Below, piece after piece: positions 7,943-13,377 of a DNA stretch of 16,000 nt. Origin of the DNA: Endozoicomonas sp. 4G (lineage in GTDB: Bacteria > Pseudomonadota > Gammaproteobacteria > Pseudomonadales > Endozoicomonadaceae). A program made the position numbers and the translations under genes. The notes beneath the pieces are model-generated. The model made no database searches. It was not told the DNA's origin and saw only the letters and a program-made list of their open reading frames with translations. The stretch is from NCBI RefSeq assembly GCF_023822025.1, contig NZ_CP082909.1:924698-940697 (forward strand), written 5' to 3'. How positions within the stretch are numbered: the first letter of the stretch is position 1; each line of letters begins with the position of its first letter.

Positions 7943-8611
7943 TTAGAAACGAACCTCTGGCGTGCTCTTGGTCATTTCCGCAGCCGTCTGACCTTTTTGG
8001 GTAAAGCCCTGAACGCTTAAGGATTCGCTGCGTTCGAACTTTTCAAAGATTGAGGTGCTGATGGTGTTTAGCTGACTGACGTTACCACATTGAAAGACAT
8101 AGGTGGCAGAGATGTCCATATGACCGCCATGTCCTTCATGGCTGAGGTCGTGATGGGCATGCTCATCATGATGATGGTCGTGTTCGTGATGCTTGTGTTC
8201 ATCGTGATGATCGTGTTCGTGATGGTCGTGATGTGCGTGCTCATCATCATGATGATGATCGTGTTCGTGATGTCCGTGCTCGTGATCAACAGAGCTTGTT
8301 GTAGCCTTGGCACTGACCAGTTTGCAGGAAGCGGCAGGGGTCATGCTCCAGAGGCTGGCGGCTTCCAGCTTGTTCAGGGCTTCATGGAGCTGGTGGCGTT
8401 GTTTATCGGTGGTAATGGTCTCAAAGCCCAGCACATCGTTGGCCGGCATTTTCAGCTCCAGGTGAACTTCGGACCCTTCGACGGCAAAGTTCAGTTCGCC
8501 ATGTCCGTGAACATGAGCGTCAACATGACGCGGCTCTCCATTGGCGGCAGAAGCAGTCAGGGATAGAACACCGCAGGCGATACCGGCAGCCAGCTTGGTA
8601 AAAGTGTGCAT
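7943..8611 (-). CDS. zrgA: Periplasmic His-rich metal-binding protein, DUF2796 family (ZrgA / PA4063-like)
   Basis: Track ORF 7943..8680. The likely start is the ATG at 8611, giving MHTFTKLAAGIACGVLSLTASA-ANGE (signal peptide). HVDAHVHGHGELNFAVEGSEVHLELKMPANDVLGFE matches the DUF2796 N-terminal pattern as I recall it. A 56-residue His/Asp/Glu tract follows. Confidence 0.75.
   Translation of the reverse strand: MHTFTKLAAGIACGVLSLTASAANGEPRHVDAHVHGHGELNFAVEGSEVHLELKMPANDVLGFETITTDKQRHQLHEALNKLEAASLWSMTPAASCKLVSAKATTSSVDHEHGHHEHDHHHDDEHAHHDHHEHDHHDEHKHHEHDHHHDEHAHHDLSHEGHGGHMDISATYVFQCGNVSQLNTISTSIFEKFERSESLSVQGFTQKGQTAAEMTKSTPEVRF
8118..8288. repeat. Low-complexity CAY/GAY codon tract encoding the His-rich loop
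   Basis: It encodes DHEHGHHEHDHHHDDEHAHHDHHEHDHHDEHKHHEHDHHHDEHAHHDLSHEGHGGH. By my count 29 of the 56 residues are His. The DNA is quasi-periodic (catcatgatgatg / gtgttcgtgatg). Confidence 0.9.
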
Positions 8612-8685
8612 AATGTCACTCGTCGGGTCATTTATTTGAAAAAATGGAATACCGCACAACCAGTCAATAAACGACAGCAACCAGA

Positions 8686-8705
8686 CCGAATCGGAGGGGA
8701 TTCGG
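8686..8705 (-). terminator. Hairpin between the b561-like and zrgA-like genes (weak terminator or attenuator candidate)
   Basis: CCGAATC-GGAGGG-GATTCGG, a 7-bp perfect stem. No convincing U-run follows on the minus strand. Confidence 0.3.
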
Positions 8706-8792
8706 CCTGTGTCTGTGGGCAGTGTTTATCAGGCTGATTGTTAGCATTCCGTCGCGTGTTGTCGCCACGTGAGTTGTAAGCCCCGCTGGCCG

Positions 8793-9287
8793 TCATACCA
8801 TGGTTTTAAGCAGGTTACGACGGGTCAGCCAGGAAGTCATGAATACAGCCAGCAAGTGCAGGCCAACAAAATAGTAAAGGCCATTCACCAGCATGGCATG
8901 CCATTCGTAGACACCGTGCTCAAAGCCGAAATCGGTATCCTGCAACCACCCGGTAAACGCCGCCAGGGCCAGGGTAATCCACATCAGCCAGACAGCCATT
9001 GCTCCCAGTGGGTTGTGGCCTTTTTCTCCTGGTTGTCGGGTTTTCAGCTCATGAAGATGCTGTTTAATGCCCGCAAAAGAGGGCTTGATGTCCCTGAGGC
9101 GAGCGGGTGCAGGGGCAAACGTCAAACCGTAGAGCAGTCGGAGTGCTACCAGCGCAAGAATCATCCAGCCAGAGTACTGGTGATACTTATCGCAGCCATC
9201 AACCAAAAAATGGTTACTGAAAAAAAGAGCGGCAACCGTCCAGTGAATCAGCTGAACGGTACGTGGCCACCGGAACCTGTCAGACAT
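8793..9287 (-). CDS. Membrane di-haem cytochrome b (prokaryotic cytochrome b561 / Ni-Fe hydrogenase b-type subunit family)
   Basis: Track ORF 8793..9320. I prefer the ATG at 9287 (MSDRFRWPRTVQLIHWTVAALFF...), which overlaps the upstream stop as ATGTCTGA. The protein has four hydrophobic helices and conserved His positions (IHW, GHNPLG, EWHAMLVNGLYYFVGLH). The + strand ORF 8769..9314 is its antisense shadow. Confidence 0.75.
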   Translation of the reverse strand: MSDRFRWPRTVQLIHWTVAALFFSNHFLVDGCDKYHQYSGWMILALVALRLLYGLTFAPAPARLRDIKPSFAGIKQHLHELKTRQPGEKGHNPLGAMAVWLMWITLALAAFTGWLQDTDFGFEHGVYEWHAMLVNGLYYFVGLHLLAVFMTSWLTRRNLLKTMV

Positions 9288-9675
9288 CGAACTTACTGTG
9301 GTATTTCTTTTTGATGTCATTCAGTTTTTTCATTTTCTGCTTGGCCAGATCCAGATCTTGCTGATCAAGGGCAGCCTGAACACCGGCCAGACCGGTCAGC
9401 AGTTGATCGATGCCTTTCTGGAATGCCTCTGGCGAGTCAGAGTAGCCGTTTTGTTTGGCATTTTCTGCATGTTTACGAAATTCGGTTACGTAGTTTTGCA
9501 GGTCTTCAAGGGTTTTAGCTGAGCCAGAGCGTTTGAAATTGAAGCCCATTTTTTTCATTTCAGCGTTCAGCTGACTGGCATGGCCTTCCTGGTGATCAGC
9601 AGAAGCCGGCGTCGACGCCATGAAAGTAGCAGACAGTGCCAGTGGTATAAAGAGGGTTTTGACCAGTGATTTCAT
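9280..9675 (-). CDS. cybC: Periplasmic soluble cytochrome b562-family protein
   Basis: 131 aa with a signal peptide ...STPASA-DHQ. The mature part aligns by eye to E. coli cytochrome b562: LNAEMKKM vs LEDNMETL (Met haem ligand), SDSPEAFQKGIDQL vs PDSPEMKDFRHGFDIL, and the C-terminal KKKYHSKF vs RNAYHQKY (His haem ligand). Confidence 0.75.
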   Translation of the reverse strand: MKSLVKTLFIPLALSATFMASTPASADHQEGHASQLNAEMKKMGFNFKRSGSAKTLEDLQNYVTEFRKHAENAKQNGYSDSPEAFQKGIDQLLTGLAGVQAALDQQDLDLAKQKMKKLNDIKKKYHSKFDV

Positions 9676-9856
9676 GTTAATTTTCCGTATAGAAATTGAG
9701 CAGGCGTATCATAATAATTCCGCTAAGAAATAAGAAGACTGGTTGTATCAAACTTTACAATGCATGTCATAAAAATATCTAAATCTTTTCAGACATTTTT
9801 TTTACTGGCATAAAATTATACTTTGCTTATCGCTTCAATCATTGATGGGGTATGGG

Positions 9857-10531
9857 ATGCGTTTGCTTTTAGTTGAAGATAGCAGGGAGGTCGCCGGTGT
9901 TATTCTCGATTACTTTGAGAATACCGGCCATGAGGTAGATTATGCTGCCGATGGCAAGGGCGGCCTGAATCTGGCCAGTGAAAACAGTTATGACATTATT
10001 ATTCTGGATGTGATGTTACCCGGTATGAATGGTTTTAAGGTCTGCCGGGCCCTTCGTGAGCAGGGGAACAGTACGCCTGTGTTGATGTTGACGGCAAGGG
10101 ATACCACCGATGATACGCTCCAGGGATTCTCAGAAGGCGCTGATGACTATCTGATTAAACCGTTTGATCTGAAAATTCTCGATGCCAGAGTCCAGGCTTT
10201 GGTGCGTCGTAATTCATCGTCGGCCTTTAAAAAGGAGCTGTCGTACGGTCAACTTTCTCTGGATTTGGGTAGTCGTGCTGCCATAAGGGACAGTCAGTCC
10301 ATCGGTTTGAATCCGACCTGCTTCAAGATTTTGAAAATTTTGATTGATAAGGCGCCGGAAGTCGTGACCCGGGACGAGTTGATTTACGCCATCTGGAAGG
10401 ATGAGCCACCGGAAGGGGATACCCTGAGAAATCATATCTATCAGCTCAGGGCGTCAGTGGATAAACCGTTTGAGCAGGAGCTTATTATCACGGTGCCCAA
10501 GGTGGGATATCGTTTGAAGGAAGCGGTTTGA
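9857..10531 (+). CDS. OmpR/PhoB-family two-component response regulator
   Basis: The track ORF starts at the TTG at 9842. The conserved N-terminus MRLLLVEDS starts at the ATG at 9857. Receiver residues are present (DD..., ILDVMLPGMNG phospho-Asp, TARD, IKPF). The C-terminus is a winged helix (...LRNHIYQLRASVDKPF...ITVPKVGYRL). Confidence 0.9.
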   Translation: MRLLLVEDSREVAGVILDYFENTGHEVDYAADGKGGLNLASENSYDIIILDVMLPGMNGFKVCRALREQGNSTPVLMLTARDTTDDTLQGFSEGADDYLIKPFDLKILDARVQALVRRNSSSAFKKELSYGQLSLDLGSRAAIRDSQSIGLNPTCFKILKILIDKAPEVVTRDELIYAIWKDEPPEGDTLRNHIYQLRASVDKPFEQELIITVPKVGYRLKEAV

Positions 10532-10607
10532 GTTTGCGTTAAACTGCTCCCCATTCTGCCAAACTGCGAGTAGTCTAGGCGCTTTTGCTGTGAAGGAAAC
10601 TGTCTGA

Positions 10608-11891
10608 ATGTTTGACTCAAAAGCAATGCCTCCTTCTCTGCGTATGCAGATAACAGTGCCTATTTGTATTTGCCTGATTTCAATTCTGCTGGTCAATTTT
10701 TTAATTTTTTATTCCGTGCTTCACTACGTCGAGGATTCTGTCAGCATTCGCCGGGCTGAGTTCTTGCAAAGTTTTGCATTAGACAGATATAGAAGTGGGG
10801 CAAAGGGGCCTCAGGTGCTGGATCACCTGACCACTGCCTACGACCGTTACGAATCCATACCAAAGCATGTCACGAAATACTTTGATAAAAACTGGCGTGG
10901 TGGGGAAGATTTTGACGACGTCGCTAATGGGGACTCGGTTTTTACGGTGCTGGCCAAAGAGGAGATCATCAATGGTGAGAGAAAAACTCTCTATATCGTT
11001 GAGAACAGTACGCCTGTCACTATGACATTGAGTATGAAAATCACCTTGACGCTCGGTGTTGTACTGTCCTCCCTGCTGATATTGATCAGCTTTTATCTCA
11101 TCGTGAGACGGCTCTCAGAAAATGTCTCAAGGCCTTTTAATGACCTGGCTCGATTGATTGATCAGGGGAGTACCGACGATCTATTGCCCCTGTCAGAAAA
11201 AGGCCTGCATTCGCAAGAGCAGTTAAGGCTGGTGCAGGCTTTGAATGATTACCGCCGACGTATTCATTTGAGTATTGAGAGAGAAAAATCCTTCAGTCGA
11301 TACGTCAGTCATGAACTAAGAACGCCGCTGTCTGTCATCATGGGAGTGGCAGGGCTGCTTGAGATTTCTAACGCGCCGGCTTTTGTCGAGAAGCAGCGAC
11401 TCAGGCTGGAAAGAGCCTGTCGTGATATGACCGATATCTCGGAAACTCTTCTGAGTCTGGTCAGGGAGCAGAAGGCCAGTATTCAGGCCAGCAGCATGAT
11501 TGACCGACCATTTATTGAACAGTTGGTTGAAGAGAATAAGACGCTGCTACAGGGCAAGCCGGTGGCTATCAGCATTGATGCCGGGGAGGAGTTGGTGCTC
11601 AATGCACCGGATACCATGATCCGGATTTTGCTGGGTAATATCATTAAAAATGCTTTCAGTTATACCCAGGAAGGCGAGGTTTCTATTCATCTCACAGATT
11701 CCAGTCTGGAAGTTCTGGATACCGGACCTGGCCTGAAAGAAACAGCAGGCAATCTCGAAGGGCATGGCCTGGGGTTGATGATAGTGAATGACATCTGTCG
11801 TCAGAATGGTTGGTCGTTTACGTTGCAGGATCGTGTCTCGGGCTCTGGTTGTCAGGCTTTGCTGGTATTCAGTAAAGGGCATCAATCCTGA
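10608..11891 (+). CDS. Sensor histidine kinase (2 TM, periplasmic domain of about 100 aa, HisKA + HATPase_c)
   Basis: 427 aa. TM1 is ITVPICICLISILLVNFLIFYSVL and TM2 is ITLTLGVVLSSLLILISFYLIV. H-box FSRYVSHELRTPLS, N-box LLGNIIKNAFSY, G1 DTGPGL and G2 GHGLGL are present. The periplasmic domain has no motif I recognise. Confidence 0.9.
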   Translation: MFDSKAMPPSLRMQITVPICICLISILLVNFLIFYSVLHYVEDSVSIRRAEFLQSFALDRYRSGAKGPQVLDHLTTAYDRYESIPKHVTKYFDKNWRGGEDFDDVANGDSVFTVLAKEEIINGERKTLYIVENSTPVTMTLSMKITLTLGVVLSSLLILISFYLIVRRLSENVSRPFNDLARLIDQGSTDDLLPLSEKGLHSQEQLRLVQALNDYRRRIHLSIEREKSFSRYVSHELRTPLSVIMGVAGLLEISNAPAFVEKQRLRLERACRDMTDISETLLSLVREQKASIQASSMIDRPFIEQLVEENKTLLQGKPVAISIDAGEELVLNAPDTMIRILLGNIIKNAFSYTQEGEVSIHLTDSSLEVLDTGPGLKETAGNLEGHGLGLMIVNDICRQNGWSFTLQDRVSGSGCQALLVFSKGHQS

Positions 11892-11896
11892 TGCCC
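11877..11896. terminator. Hairpin spanning the kinase stop codon between convergent genes
   Basis: GGGCATCA-ATCC-TGATGCCC, an 8-bp perfect stem with a tetraloop. The kinase TGA (11889-11891) is inside the 3' arm. On the minus strand TTTAC follows, so it could terminate the rhodanese gene. Confidence 0.4.
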
Positions 11897-11911
11897 TCTG
11901 GGGGTGGCAGT

Positions 11912-12358
11912 TTATTGTGTTTTCCCCGTTGCCAGACTATCCCCTTGCTCTTTCCACTCTTTCAAGCCTCCTTTGAAGTGCATGATATTGGTATACCCTT
12001 TGGCTGTAGCAAAGTCAGCACCGGTAAACCAGGCTGTGCACTGTGGGCCACCGCAATAAACAACAATGGGGTAGTTTTTCAGCACAGGAAGTCGGCGCTC
12101 CAGAGTGGCCCGGTCTGCCAGTGAATAGGCGCCCGGCAGGTGACCCTTGGCGTAGGTCTCAGCTCTGTTGGTATCAAGAAGAAAGACTTCGCCGGCATCT
12201 ATTGCCTTGCGCAGTTGGGTGTAGGATATGGCTGGGTAGTGCTGATTGTAGGCCGCCAGCCTGTCTTCGGTTGTGTTTTCTGAAGCGACCACAGAGGTGC
12301 TGAACAGGATTACGGCGCAGGCTAGCCTGCGAGGGTTTCTAAACCATGTACTGAGCAT
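11912..12358 (-). CDS. Secreted single-domain rhodanese-like sulfurtransferase
   Basis: Track ORF 11912..12496. I prefer the ATG at 12358, which has GGAG about 8 nt upstream. It gives MLSTWFRNPRRLACAVILFSTSVVA-SEN (signal peptide). The rhodanese fold signature is ...GHLPGAYSL...IVVYCGGPQCTAW...GYTNIMHFKGGLKEW, with the catalytic Cys in the CGGPQCT loop. Confidence 0.75.
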   Translation of the reverse strand: MLSTWFRNPRRLACAVILFSTSVVASENTTEDRLAAYNQHYPAISYTQLRKAIDAGEVFLLDTNRAETYAKGHLPGAYSLADRATLERRLPVLKNYPIVVYCGGPQCTAWFTGADFATAKGYTNIMHFKGGLKEWKEQGDSLATGKTQ

Positions 12359-12563
12359 GGGGTTTCTCCGGTTTACTGCTAAAGCCAAGAGTATAGATGG
12401 CTCATCGGAAGTGTGTGCTGTTGGGCACCAGTTGGCAGAGCTATTGTGTGATCCCGAACTGATATTTGAAGGCAGCCAGTCAGACAGTTTCGCCATGATC
12501 GCTTTTTGACACTACTGATGCAGTCAGAGTTGATTATGAGCAGTACCACTGAGGAAAAAAACT

Positions 12564-12869
12564 ATGTCCAAGAGAATCAGAAGCAGAAAGCCGACCCATC
12601 CCGGTCAGATTGTAAAAAAGGATGTGCTTGAGCCTTTGAACCTTTCGGTCACTGACGCGGCAAAAGTTCTGAATGTTTCCAGAAAGCACTTATCCGCTTT
12701 CGTGAACGAACGAATACCATGCAGTAAGGATATGGCCAAGCGGTTGGCTATTGCTCTGGGTACCTCTGTAGATGTATGGCTCGGAATGCAAAATGCTCTG
12801 GATATTTGGGAAATGGAAAACAGCAATGATGAGTGTTATCTGGCTGTAGGAAAACTGGCTACCAGCTGA
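12564..12869 (+). CDS. higA: HigA-family (XRE HTH) antitoxin-like DNA-binding protein, with no adjacent toxin
   Basis: 101 aa. ...THPGQIVKKDVLEPLNLSVTDAAKVLNVSRKHLSAFVNERIPCSKDMAKRLAIALGTSVDVWLGMQNALDIW is the classic HigA/VapI pattern (HPGE-like, HTH, ...WLxxQxxxDLW). GAGGA lies 9 nt upstream of the ATG. Confidence 0.8.
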   Translation: MSKRIRSRKPTHPGQIVKKDVLEPLNLSVTDAAKVLNVSRKHLSAFVNERIPCSKDMAKRLAIALGTSVDVWLGMQNALDIWEMENSNDECYLAVGKLATS

Positions 12870-12977
12870 ACCGGCAAATGAGCAGGCTGTCTGCTGAGGT
12901 GGTTGGGAAGCACAGTAAGCAGATCTGATAAATACCTGCTACGCTAGCCAAAAAAACTCAGTAAGTAGGTTTAAAGC

Positions 12978-13154
12978 ATGAGCAAAAGTAAAATTACAGT
13001 GACCATTGATGACGAACTGCTACGGCGGGCGCGAGAGTTGAATATTAATATTTCTTCTGCCGCTGAACAGGGCATTAAGGCTGAAGTCAGGCGTTTGGAG
13101 GAAGGGCGTTTGAAAAAGATTTATGACGAAGCGGGACGAGAAATTGAAAAATGA
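12978..13154 (+). CDS. Small ribbon-helix-helix antitoxin-like protein (CcdA/VapB-like), 58 aa, with no adjacent toxin
   Basis: Absent from the ORF track because it is under 60 aa. My translation is MSKSKITVTIDDELLRRARELNINISSAAEQGIKAEVRRLEEGRLKKIYDEAGREIEK*. The pattern (v.l.DdeLl..Ar.l.iNlS...E.al...v) matches CcdA-family/VapB-type RHH antitoxins. Its TGA overlaps an ATG (ATGA, 13151-13154), but that ATG opens only a 9-codon ORF. Confidence 0.55.
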   Translation: MSKSKITVTIDDELLRRARELNINISSAAEQGIKAEVRRLEEGRLKKIYDEAGREIEK

Positions 13155-13377
13155 AAGAAAGAAACAGGCTTATTCAGTGAAGGAGTTAGGTTATTCTGAT
13201 GGTATAGTTTGATATTTTTACTGCAATTGTCGTAATTGTGACGATTACGGCATCTATGGTAGGTCTGCTCCTCTGAATTATTCCGAAATGATATAAATTC
13301 TTCAAATAAGCGCCTCTGCTATAGATGATACTTAAATATATAACGAAACAGACTGAAAAATTGCAGAGGAAGCAGGG

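Noticed and set aside
8068-8566. Periodic repeat DNA and long ORFs on both strands in the His tract; considered as a CRISPR-like or minisatellite array
   Set aside because: There is no repeat-spacer architecture. The periodicity is codon-level CAY/GAY bias for His/Asp. The antisense ORFs (TTIIMMM..., MMMVVFVM...) are artefacts of CAT/ATG complementarity.
8612-8792. Possible Zur box upstream of the zrgA-like gene (e.g. AATGTCACTCGTCGGGTCATTT at 8612-8633, TGTTTATCAGGCTGATTGTTAGCA at 8723-8746)
   Set aside because: Neither segment forms the AT-rich palindrome expected of a Zur or Fur operator, and the half-sites do not match each other. I report the absence as an observation only. A PWM scan is needed before concluding that no Zur site exists.
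12359-12509. Tail of + strand ORF 12273-12509 (...CDPELIFEGSQSDSFAMIAF*) as a decayed HigB toxin upstream of higA
   Set aside because: The resemblance to the HigB C-terminus (...W R l x F r w e x g d a x x v d y x D Y H) is limited to a few residues. The rest of the ORF is the antisense of the rhodanese N-terminus. It cannot be supported without a profile search.
12477-12528. 8-bp direct repeat CAGTCAGA (12477-12484 and 12521-12528) upstream of higA as an operator
   Set aside because: It is short, non-palindromic and easily explained by chance in a 200-bp region. HigA operators are usually inverted repeats.
12870-13377. Integron gene-cassette organisation (attC sites) around the antitoxin genes; a GTTAGGT core-like site at 13186-13192
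   Set aside because: I found no matching inverse core (RYYYAAC), no imperfect attC palindrome and no integrase. A single 7-mer match is expected by chance.
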